Source: an uncultured Treponema sp. (GTDB lineage Bacteria > Spirochaetota > Spirochaetia > Treponematales > Treponemataceae). Taken from it: 64,000 bases of DNA. The stretch spans positions 458-64,457 of the forward strand of contig CAJPOL010000001.1 in the NCBI GenBank assembly GCA_905372265.1. Reading direction: 5' to 3'. Both the position numbers and the translations under genes were made by a program. A model generated the notes under the pieces. It did no database searches. It was given only the letters and a program-made list of their open reading frames with translations, and had not been told where the DNA came from. Of this stretch, positions 1 to 8,452 are shown one piece after another. Positions within the stretch are counted from its first letter, which is position 1. Every line of letters begins with the position of its first letter.

Positions 1-1266
1 TTCCTGAATAAGTTTTTGCTCATAATTTTTCCAATAAGCGCGGATATTTTTACCGTACATATCCCTATTCAAAGCGGAAATGATATTGATAGAGCGCATC
101 AGCCAATAGAACGAGGCCGGATTATAGAGCACATCCTCTACTTTGTAAGGCTGCAGCGTGTCTGTTATATTTCCATAAAAAGGCAGATACACTGAATGTT
201 CGGCATTCGCCATTGCCAGCCACATTACGCCGCCGACAGACTGCGGCAGTTCGGGCTTCATTTGAATAATATGGCATTCCATAGAAGTCGGAGCCCCGAT
301 CGGCCGAATGCAGGCATTTTCTGCCAAATTTGCATTTTTATCGGTATCTTCATAGCGGTATCGTTGAAGCTCCATCACGTCTTCAAGGGTGATTTTTTTG
401 TCGGCTTTTCTCCACAAAGAAAATACTTTCGTGTCGTAAGAAACTTTTTCTGACGGCGAGAGTTTGTTTTGGCCGCCCCACAGCCGTACGCAGTCATAGT
501 CGCCTATTTCTTCTCCATAGGTCAGTGCAGCATGGAATGCACCGCCGAATTCTTTATAGAAGCCTTTTGCTTTCGGTAAATTGATTAAGTCCTTTGATGC
601 AATGACATCTTTACTTGATATATCAACGTTATCCAGTAAAAAATGATTTGGTACAACGGCGTACGAATCTTCAGGAACTTTCACTGCCGCATACTGATGA
701 CCGGAAAGAATTTCCATATACCAGCTTTCTTTATGGTCTGCGATAAATAGAATATTACCTTCTGCGGCGCCGTGTGTGTCCACAATATGTGCAATCCGTT
801 CAATACCTTCCCGCGCAGTAGTGATATACGGTAAAACGACCGTCGTTATAGAGGCTTCCGATAATCCGTTCGGAACGAGCGGATCTGCTTCCTGCGCCGC
901 CTTGCCCGGAGATGCGGAAACGGTTGCACTCATTGCAACTCCGTACTCGTTAAAGCCGACTTCATCGTAAATACCCTCCGACTGTTCAGCGTCGCAGATG
1001 GCAGTATACTGATAGCTCAATCGAGGCAGCTCAATGCTGAACCCGATCGCATCGGTAAAAACAACCGGTTTTTTACGCTTGCGGCGCGGGTATACTTTAA
1101 AAATTTTGTTATGCGCTCCGCTCAAATCTTCCGTCCGCGCAATAATGCGGCATCCGTCAGCGGTCGCATCCTTTCCCGCAACAAATCCCGTACAGCAGAA
1201 TGCATCGGTTATTCCGCCCGCCGCAGCGGCTATCACAAATAGTATCGTCAAGTATATTTTTCTCAT
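1..1266 (-). CDS. C69-family (Ntn-hydrolase) dipeptidase with N-terminal signal peptide; 3' end runs off the window
   Basis: Not in the ORF track. Manual translation from ATG at 1266 (RBS GAGG upstream) gives MRKIYLTILFVIAAAAGGITDAFC-CTGFVAGKDATADGCRIIARTED, the C69 N-terminal motif. The same frame is open in the last 20 codons at the window edge (MYGKNIRAYWKNYEQKLIQE). Confidence 0.85.
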   Translation of the reverse strand, partial: MRKIYLTILFVIAAAAGGITDAFCCTGFVAGKDATADGCRIIARTEDLSGAHNKIFKVYPRRKRKKPVVFTDAIGFSIELPRLSYQYTAICDAEQSEGIYDEVGFNEYGVAMSATVSASPGKAAQEADPLVPNGLSEASITTVVLPYITTAREGIERIAHIVDTHGAAEGNILFIADHKESWYMEILSGHQYAAVKVPEDSYAVVPNHFLLDNVDISSKDVIASKDLINLPKAKGFYKEFGGAFHAALTYGEEIGDYDCVRLWGGQNKLSPSEKVSYDTKVFSLWRKADKKITLEDVMELQRYRYEDTDKNANLAENACIRPIGAPTSMECHIIQMKPELPQSVGGVMWLAMANAEHSVYLPFYGNITDTLQPYKVEDVLYNPASFYWLMRSINIISALNRDMYGKNIRAYWKNYEQKLIQE

Positions 1267-1289
1267 CGGTATTTCCTCATATTACATGT

Positions 1290-2333
1290 TTAATAGTGGG
1301 TAATATCTTTTATTTGTTTTAAACTGTCAATAATGCGGCTGCCTTCCGGCGACTGAAAAAAGCGGAGTGTTGCCGGAGGCAGTATATCAGCCAGTTTCGT
1401 CCAATCTTCTTGCTGCAGAAGCAGCCGTGCGGCGGAAGCGCTGACTGGAACACCGCTTTCGGTTTTACGCGGAATAACATGCAGCTGTACCCCGTGCGCC
1501 GGCAGCGAATCCTGCAAGATGCGGTTGTAGAGACCGGTTACATGGCTAAACGGCTCATCGCCGACGAAGCGGTGTGTAATATGTAATGCATGGGCAATAC
1601 GGATAAAGATATCCGCATCCAAAGCAGCTTGCAAAGCAATGGCTTCATCGGAATCTTTTAGAAAATAAGCGGGAAACGTTGCCGATGATATGAGGTAGTC
1701 TTGGGTTCTGTGATACGAAATATTTTTAAAATGTGCAGTATTCTCTTTAATCAGCTGCTCCCGTACCGCAAAAGGGATAGCCGAAGCGTCATCCGAGACC
1801 ATGAAGAGGTGCAGATGATCGAGAGCCGCAGCCGCTTGTTCGACAAGGTAATAATGCCCCTTGGTAAAAGGATTGGCATTCATCACGATAGCGCCTGCCG
1901 ATCCCGAGTACATCCCCGTTTTTTGCAATGCAGCGCAGTATTTTTCAAAACCGTTCTTTTTATTTTCCAGAAAGACGAGCTTACCGGCAACCGTAACGAT
2001 TGGATAAAATCCGAGCTTTTCAAAAAACGGAGCGGCTTCCCGCTTTGTATAGATAAAAAGATTAAAAAAACCGTGCTCATTCCTATCTGCAATCAGTTCG
2101 GTCATTAAAAGCGGCAGCAAGCCTTCGCCTTGTAGGTTTTTTCGCACGGCAATACAGCGCAGCGTATTTTTATAGGCGGAAGCAGTTGCGGCAAGCGTTT
2201 CCGCCTCATCAAATAGCCCATATGACACATCAAGGCTGGAATCAATATGTAAGCTCTCCGATTCCAAGAGCTCAATCACGGGCTTCCGTTGTTGAGGATC
2301 ATCCAAAGAAATTTTTTTTACATAATACGGCAT
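1290..2333 (-). CDS. citC: [citrate (pro-3S)-lyase] ligase
   Basis: N-terminal GNAT-like region plus AIVMNANPFTKGHYYL, YLISSATFPAYF, RFVGDEPFSHVT..YN and VSASAAR motifs. Confidence 0.9.
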   Translation of the reverse strand: MPYYVKKISLDDPQQRKPVIELLESESLHIDSSLDVSYGLFDEAETLAATASAYKNTLRCIAVRKNLQGEGLLPLLMTELIADRNEHGFFNLFIYTKREAAPFFEKLGFYPIVTVAGKLVFLENKKNGFEKYCAALQKTGMYSGSAGAIVMNANPFTKGHYYLVEQAAAALDHLHLFMVSDDASAIPFAVREQLIKENTAHFKNISYHRTQDYLISSATFPAYFLKDSDEAIALQAALDADIFIRIAHALHITHRFVGDEPFSHVTGLYNRILQDSLPAHGVQLHVIPRKTESGVPVSASAARLLLQQEDWTKLADILPPATLRFFQSPEGSRIIDSLKQIKDITHY

Positions 2334-2347
2334 CCGGCTTCCTCGTG

Positions 2348-2938
2348 TTATTTTGTTCCAAACCGGTATCGAAAACCTATATTGATATTGATTAAGTCCA
2401 TACCGGCAGGAACGAAGCTGACGGATAAGTCGGCGCGCTCAAGTATACGGAAATTACATTCAATTTCGCCGCCGTACCATATGAACAAATATTCCCAATT
2501 TTCAAACGGGGAACCGTACATAATTTTTTCTGAAATATCGTAACCATTGAGTGCATACCAACTTTGCCGGTAAATTAATGTAGGTCCAATCCCGATGTTC
2601 ATAGAAAACCGGTTGATTTTCAAAAAGCGTACTCTAAAACCTGCATGCGAATAGCCGAGAAATTTAAGTGCGCAGTCACCGTATAATCCTTGCATCAATT
2701 TGATCGATAAAAGATCATCAAAGATAAAATACTCAAAGCTCAACGATCCGCCGGGATTGTATACGAAGATTCCCTTAGCATCGAATTTATACGGCATAAA
2801 TTGCGCATTAGGTGATCCTTTGGGGTGAGAGCTGAAAGAGCATATCTTTATTCCAACCGCATATTTTTCGGCATGCAGAGGCGTCATAGCCATGATCAAT
2901 AAAAATGTCAGTACAATAGAGATGCGGCCGGTTTTCAT
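2348..2938 (-). CDS. hypothetical exported protein, possible small outer-membrane beta-barrel
   Basis: Signal peptide ending PLHA, amphipathic Gly/aromatic-rich strands, C-terminal ININIGFRYRF. Confidence 0.55.
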   Translation of the reverse strand: MKTGRISIVLTFLLIMAMTPLHAEKYAVGIKICSFSSHPKGSPNAQFMPYKFDAKGIFVYNPGGSLSFEYFIFDDLLSIKLMQGLYGDCALKFLGYSHAGFRVRFLKINRFSMNIGIGPTLIYRQSWYALNGYDISEKIMYGSPFENWEYLFIWYGGEIECNFRILERADLSVSFVPAGMDLININIGFRYRFGTK

Positions 2939-3086
2939 ACAACATTATTCATCCAAGATAATGGGGTTTATTATAGTGCGATTCTTTGCGCTGTCAAGGT
3001 GCTTTTCTCTACTGCCGCAGAAATCAATTTCGGCCTAAAACGGGTAATCCCCTCACCCACCACATAAATAGCAGCTGTGAAAATTG

Positions 3087-3209
3087 ATTCGTGCGGAGGG
3101 TTTAATACCCCGACGCTTGCGTCGTAATGAAGGGTATTAAAGCCGACTGCAACCACCTTATGGGAATCAACAACCCCGACGCTCGCGTCGGGGTTGTTGA
3201 TTCCCATAA
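3087..3209. repeat. palindromic intergenic repeat family A (REP/PATE-like), full copy
   Basis: Near-identical to 56844-56960. Two CGACGC-nn-GCGTCG hairpins; the second is a perfect 25-bp stem (3158-3182/3185-3209). Confidence 0.9.
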
Positions 3210-3325
3210 TTTTTAATTAACCGCAGAGGACGCTAAGATCGCAAAGGAGGTGAAAGAGATTGCGTGTTACATCTTTACCTCAATGTATCTCTGCGTCCTT
3301 CGCGTACTCTACGGTTTGATTAAAT
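3210..3325. repeat. intergenic repeat family B (AACCGCAGAG.../...CTCTGCGGTT type)
   Basis: Reverse complement matches the units at 35604-35822 (CCTTTGCG..CTCTGCGGTTAATTAAAAA). Confidence 0.75.
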
Positions 3326-3359
3326 TATAAAGAACGTCTAATGCGTTTACCCAGCACTT

Positions 3360-6017
3360 CTACTTTTTAGCAGCCTGCTTCGGCGTTACTTTTATCCCGA
3401 CTGACTTTGCCAGTTCAGGATTGGTCGGTACATAATCCTTTCCATAGTAACACTTCAGATACAGTTCACGCAGCTCGGAAACAAGCGGATAGCGCGGGTT
3501 GGCAGTCGTACACTGATCGTCAAAGGCTTTTTCCGACATATCATCAAGGTGCTCAAGGAAGTCCTTTTCAGGTATGCCGGTAGCGCGGAAGTCTTCGGGA
3601 ATTTCGCAAATGCGTTTGAGCTCTTCTATTTTCTCAATCAGCCGTTCAACCTTTTCCTCACTGGTCTTTCCGCCAAGTCCGAGATGATCGGCTACTCTCG
3701 CATAGCGGTCAAGGGCAACCGGATACTTGTACTGCGGGAAGATCGCCTGCTTACGCGGAGCTTCCGTTGCATTATAGCGGATAACATCAGTGATAAGCAG
3801 CGCATTCGCCAATCCGTGCGCCGTATGATGCTGAGCGCCGATTTTGTGCGCCATTGAGTGACATATGCCGAGGAACGCATTGGCAAATGCCATACCCGCA
3901 AGGGTTGCCGCATAGTGTATTTTTTCGCGGGCTTTGGGATTCTTTGCACCTTCCGTATATGCCGCAGGCAGATATTTGAAGATGAGGCGGATTGATTCAA
4001 GGGCAATACCGTTTGTAAAGTCGGTTGCAAGAACCGAAACGTACGCTTCAAGGTTATGCACCAATGCATCAATACCGGAATAAGCGGTCAACGCTTTCGG
4101 CAATCCCATGACAAAATCGGGATCGATGATTGCCATATCAGGCGTCAGCTCATAGTCGGCGATAGGATATTTTATACCGCTTGCATCATCGGTAACAATA
4201 GCGAACGGTGTTACTTCAGAGCCGGTACCGCTGGTTGTCGGAATCGCGACAAGCACAGCCTTCGTTCCCAGTTTTGGAAATTTGAATACGCGCTTACGGA
4301 TGTCCATGAACCGGAGCGCGAGCTCGCCGAATTGTACCAGCGGCTGTTCATAGAGCATCCGCATAATTTTAGCGGCATCCATCGGACTTCCGCCGCCGAA
4401 CGCAATAACAATATCCGGCTTAAACGAATTCATCAGATCAACGCCTTTGTAAATAGTCGTTAAATCGGGATCGGGCTTTACATCCGAGAATATCTCATGT
4501 TCGATACCCATGCCGTCAAGGGTACGGGTCAGCTGATTGACCATACCGCATTCATGCAAGTATTTATCGGTAACGATGAATGCGCGCTTCCGGTCGGAAA
4601 GATCGCGAAGCCCCTCGCTGACAGCATTTTGTTTAAAGTATACCTTACGCGGCACCTGAAACCAGAGCATATTTTCGCGGCGTTCCGCAACGGTCTTGAT
4701 ATTCATAAGGTGTTTTACTCCTACGTTTTCGCTGATTGCATTACCGCCCCAGCTTCCGCATCCGAGCGTTAAAGACGGTTCAAGTCTGAAGTTGTAAATA
4801 TCGCCGATAGCGCCCTGAGAAGCGGGCATATTCACCAAGATACGTCCGGTAGTCATTTTGCTGCCGTACAGGTTGATGCGTCCGGTGTTCTGGGCATCGG
4901 TGTAAAGCACGGCAGTATGCCCCATTCCTTCAAGGGCAATCTGCTTCTGCGCTTTATTGCAGGCGTCTTCAAAGTCTTTTGCACGGAACATACCCAGGAC
5001 GGGGGACAGTTTTTCGTGTGCAAACGGTTCGGATCGTTCAAGCGTATCGCTTTCGCCGATAAGCACTTTCGTTTCTTCCGGTACCTTTACGCCGGCCATT
5101 TCTGCGATTTTGTACGCAGGCTGACCGACAATCGCCGCATTTAATTTTCCGTCTTTAATGATAGTGTTACCGACCTTTGTTTTTTCCGCTGCCGATAAGA
5201 AATAGGCTCCCCGTTTCAGGAATTCTTCTTTTACGGTTTTATATACTGAATCGACAACAATGACAGACTGTTCGCTCGCGCAAATCATGCCGTTATCAAA
5301 AGTCTTACTGAGCAAGATGGAACTGACCGCCATTTTAATATGAGCCGTTTCGTCTATAACGGCAGGCGTATTTCCGGAGCCGACACCGATAGCGGGAGTT
5401 CCCGATGAGTAAGCTGCGTGCACCATGCCGGGTCCGCCCGTTGCAAGGATGAGCGCAATGCCGGGATGTCCCATGAGCTGTGCGGAAAGTTCAACGGACG
5501 GTTCATCAATCCATCCGATAATATCCTCAGGAGCGCCGACGGCAACCGCTGCATCACGGATAATTTTTGCTGCGCTGATGGTACTGTTTTTTGCACGCGG
5601 ATGCGGAGAAAAAATAATACCGTTGCGGGTTTTCAGCGCAATAAGGCTCTTAAAAATAGCGGTGGATGTCGGGTTTGTAGTCGGAACGATACCGGCAATA
5701 ACGCCGAGCGGTTCAGCAATTTTTACGACGCCGGCTTCCGCATCGTGCTCAATGACGCCGCAGGTACGCTCATTTAAGTATTTATTGTAAATATATTCTG
5801 CCGCAAAATGGTTTTTGATGACTTTGTCTTCAAAAACGCCCATGCCGCTCTCCTCAGCAGCCATCTTTGCCAGCACAATCCGGTTCTCATTTGCCGCTTG
5901 CGCAACATGTCTAAAAATCAAATCAACATGTTCTTGCGAAAATTCCGCAAATTTTCGCTGTGCGGCTTTGACACGCTCTACTAAAGCATTCAGATCTTCA
6001 GCGGTTCGTACAATCAT
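3360..6017 (-). CDS. adhE: bifunctional acetaldehyde-CoA/alcohol dehydrogenase
   Basis: ALDH domain (PTTNPTST, ATGGPG, FDNGMICASEQ), LTLGCGSWGGN linker and Fe-ADH domain (GGGSPMDAAK, GTGSEVTP, HSMAHK). Start moved to ATG 6017, which has an AGGAGG RBS. Confidence 0.97.
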   Translation of the reverse strand: MIVRTAEDLNALVERVKAAQRKFAEFSQEHVDLIFRHVAQAANENRIVLAKMAAEESGMGVFEDKVIKNHFAAEYIYNKYLNERTCGVIEHDAEAGVVKIAEPLGVIAGIVPTTNPTSTAIFKSLIALKTRNGIIFSPHPRAKNSTISAAKIIRDAAVAVGAPEDIIGWIDEPSVELSAQLMGHPGIALILATGGPGMVHAAYSSGTPAIGVGSGNTPAVIDETAHIKMAVSSILLSKTFDNGMICASEQSVIVVDSVYKTVKEEFLKRGAYFLSAAEKTKVGNTIIKDGKLNAAIVGQPAYKIAEMAGVKVPEETKVLIGESDTLERSEPFAHEKLSPVLGMFRAKDFEDACNKAQKQIALEGMGHTAVLYTDAQNTGRINLYGSKMTTGRILVNMPASQGAIGDIYNFRLEPSLTLGCGSWGGNAISENVGVKHLMNIKTVAERRENMLWFQVPRKVYFKQNAVSEGLRDLSDRKRAFIVTDKYLHECGMVNQLTRTLDGMGIEHEIFSDVKPDPDLTTIYKGVDLMNSFKPDIVIAFGGGSPMDAAKIMRMLYEQPLVQFGELALRFMDIRKRVFKFPKLGTKAVLVAIPTTSGTGSEVTPFAIVTDDASGIKYPIADYELTPDMAIIDPDFVMGLPKALTAYSGIDALVHNLEAYVSVLATDFTNGIALESIRLIFKYLPAAYTEGAKNPKAREKIHYAATLAGMAFANAFLGICHSMAHKIGAQHHTAHGLANALLITDVIRYNATEAPRKQAIFPQYKYPVALDRYARVADHLGLGGKTSEEKVERLIEKIEELKRICEIPEDFRATGIPEKDFLEHLDDMSEKAFDDQCTTANPRYPLVSELRELYLKCYYGKDYVPTNPELAKSVGIKVTPKQAAKK

Positions 6018-6054
6018 AGTAATCCTCCTAAGTGTAGAATATTTATATATCGAT

Positions 6055-6083
6055 AAAATACAAAATGATAAAAAAATTGTCAA
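6055..6083 (-). promoter_or_regulatory. putative sigma70 promoter for adhE
   Basis: TTGACA-17 nt-TATTTT on the minus strand. Confidence 0.45.
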
Positions 6084-6200
6084 TAGGAGACATGTTTTCC
6101 TTCAGGGATTCAGCAATGACCTCGCTTCCTTATTGACATAAACGCGTAAATACTTCAAATATAGCTCATCGGTTATTCAAAAGGGAGGAACGATGCGTCA

Positions 6201-7322
6201 GTGAAAGGGTGCGAAATTTCAATAGAGAATGTTTCAAAAGCGTTTGGAGATTTTCATGCAGTGGATAATGCCGTTATCCGCATTAAACGCGGGGAGTTTT
6301 TCTCGCTATTGGGGCCTTCCGGTTGCGGAAAGACGACGCTGCTGCGTATCATTGCCGGATTTGAACAGCCGGATTCAGGGGTGATTACCTTTGACGGGCA
6401 AAACATCGTCGGTATCGAAGCTCATAAACGGCAATCGAATACGGTCTTTCAAACCTACGCGCTTTTTCCGCACCTTTCGGTATACGAAAACATCGCTTTT
6501 CCGCTCCGGCTCCGCAAGCGCCCGCAGGATGAAATCGATCGGCGGGTAAAAGAATATCTGCACCTTGTACAGCTTGATGCGCATATCTACAAAAAGCCGT
6601 CTCAGCTTTCCGGCGGACAGAAGCAGCGGGTCGCGATTGCCCGCGCATTGATTAACGAGCCGCGTGTACTGCTGTTGGATGAACCGCTTTCGGCACTGGA
6701 TGCGAAACTGCGGGCTAATCTTTTAATTGAGCTTGATAAGCTGCACGACCAAATCGGTATCACCTTTATCTTTGTAACCCATGACCAAAGCGAGGCTCTT
6801 TCCGTTTCCGACCGTATTGCGGTGATGAATCAGGGAAAGGTGCTGCAAATAGGCAACCCCTATGAAATTTACGAGCAGCCTGCTACGGCTTTTGTTGCAA
6901 AGTTTATCGGCGAAACAAACCTTTTTGACGCAACCGTCGCTGCTTGCGAGCCGCACACGGACGGCTTTATGGTTACGCTTGATACGCCGGCGCTGGAAAC
7001 TACGGTAAAAATCACCGATTACGATAAAACCGAAATAGGACAGCCGGTCTGTTTTACCGTACGGCCGGAAAAAATCCGCATCTCGCTGGAAAAACCGTCC
7101 TCTCAGACGAAAGAACTGAATGTATTCCGCGGCGAGGTGGAAGAGCCGATTTATTCAGGCTTTCAGTCTAAGTTTTTTGTAAAGCTGGACTGCGGCACAG
7201 TAGTGCAGGTCTTTAAGCAGCATCAAAATTATCTTGAAGACGGGCCTGAAATTGAGTGGAAAGATCGGGTGTATGTTTCGTGGGCGGCCAATGACGGCTA
7301 TATCGTCGAGGATTTGACGTAA
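6201..7322 (+). CDS. potA: spermidine/putrescine ABC transporter ATP-binding subunit
   Basis: GPSGCGKT, LSGGQKQR, LLLDEPLSALD, NTVFQTYALFPHL and C-terminal TOBE region; GGAGG RBS. Confidence 0.9.
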   Translation: MKGCEISIENVSKAFGDFHAVDNAVIRIKRGEFFSLLGPSGCGKTTLLRIIAGFEQPDSGVITFDGQNIVGIEAHKRQSNTVFQTYALFPHLSVYENIAFPLRLRKRPQDEIDRRVKEYLHLVQLDAHIYKKPSQLSGGQKQRVAIARALINEPRVLLLDEPLSALDAKLRANLLIELDKLHDQIGITFIFVTHDQSEALSVSDRIAVMNQGKVLQIGNPYEIYEQPATAFVAKFIGETNLFDATVAACEPHTDGFMVTLDTPALETTVKITDYDKTEIGQPVCFTVRPEKIRISLEKPSSQTKELNVFRGEVEEPIYSGFQSKFFVKLDCGTVVQVFKQHQNYLEDGPEIEWKDRVYVSWAANDGYIVEDLT

Positions 7323-7326
7323 GGCT

Positions 7327-8187
7327 ATGATACACAATAATTCCCGGCGCCGGTTTGCCTTTTTGTACGCCTTTCCGATGGCGGCATGGTTTACCGTGTT
7401 TTTTGTCTTTCCGCTTCTCATCATCGGCGTATACAGTTTTCTCCAAAAGGGGCTGTACGGCGGAGTTATATGGAAACCGTCAGTCAATGCATACGCGCAG
7501 CTTTTTACTGCAAGTTACGGACTGTTGTTTGTACGGACGCTCTGCGTCAGTATTACAGTAACGCTGATCTGCATTCTGCTTGCGCTGCCCGTAGGGTATG
7601 CGGTTGCACGCAGTAAACATCAGCTGTTTTTTCTCTTTTTAATTATCATTCCCTTTTGGACAAACTCACTGATTAGAATAAATGCATGGATTTCGATACT
7701 CGGTACCCAAGGATTCCTCAACGGGCTCTTGAAAAAGCTGCACCTCATTACGGAAAGCATTCCTTTTCTGTATAACCGGCAGGCAGTTATCCTCGTGCTG
7801 GTCTACATGTTTATTCCGTATGCGGTTTTTCCGATTTTTTCGGCAATCGACAAGTTTGATTTTTCACTGTTAGAAGCGGCGCGCGACCTTGGTGCGACAA
7901 AAACGCAGGCTATCTTCAAGGTTATGCTGCCGAATATCCGCGCCGGAATCTTGACTGCCGTCATCTTTACCTTTATTCCGGTATTCGGTTCCTACACTGT
8001 GCCGCTTTTAATCGGCGGTAAAGATTCTTATATGCTCGGCAATTTGATTGTTGATCAGGTAACAAAGATCCGTAACTGGCCGCTCGCCTCGGCCTTTTCG
8101 GTACTCATTACCGCCGTCAGCACTATCGGTGTGATCCGGATGATGCTCACCGGTGTTAAGCAGGAAAAACAGGCGGTAAAAAAATAG
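7327..8187 (+). CDS. potB: spermidine/putrescine ABC transporter permease
   Basis: IPFWTNSLIR and LLEAARDLGA (EAA loop), NWPLASA. Confidence 0.88.
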   Translation: MIHNNSRRRFAFLYAFPMAAWFTVFFVFPLLIIGVYSFLQKGLYGGVIWKPSVNAYAQLFTASYGLLFVRTLCVSITVTLICILLALPVGYAVARSKHQLFFLFLIIIPFWTNSLIRINAWISILGTQGFLNGLLKKLHLITESIPFLYNRQAVILVLVYMFIPYAVFPIFSAIDKFDFSLLEAARDLGATKTQAIFKVMLPNIRAGILTAVIFTFIPVFGSYTVPLLIGGKDSYMLGNLIVDQVTKIRNWPLASAFSVLITAVSTIGVIRMMLTGVKQEKQAVKK

Positions 8188-8240
8188 AGCCGGTTCACTT
8201 TAAACTGCGCGCAAGCCGGATACCGAGGTAATTATTGGTA

Positions 8241-8310
8241 CTGCGTGGAACAACCGCCAGCCGTGGCGGTAGAAGAACGACAGGTATTAAACCCTCCGCA
8301 CGAATAAAAA
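8241..8310. repeat. family D hairpin (ACCGCC...GGCGG) followed by the inverted end fragment of family A
   Basis: 8241-8272 resembles 12988-13020; 8283-8310 is the reverse complement of TTTATTCGTGCGGAGGGTTTAATACC. Confidence 0.7.
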
Positions 8311-8452
8311 TTACTGTCAATAAGTTAGACGCGTGAAACATAGGATTTGTTTTTTATGCTAAACTCATGGAAATTCATCTGTAAATTCTGGACGTTCAAG
8401 GGGGAAATACATATAATAGGGTATCTCCACAACAAAGAAGGAGCTGATACAG

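Noticed and set aside
2971..3207. 78-aa ORF (and the similar 56859-57056 ORF)
   Set aside because: Both are read through the palindromic family A repeat and are likely spurious.
6060..6085. Rex operator upstream of adhE
   Set aside because: The imperfect palindrome TTGACAA-N5-TTATCAT overlaps the -35 box and does not fit the 18-bp Rex consensus spacing well enough to call.
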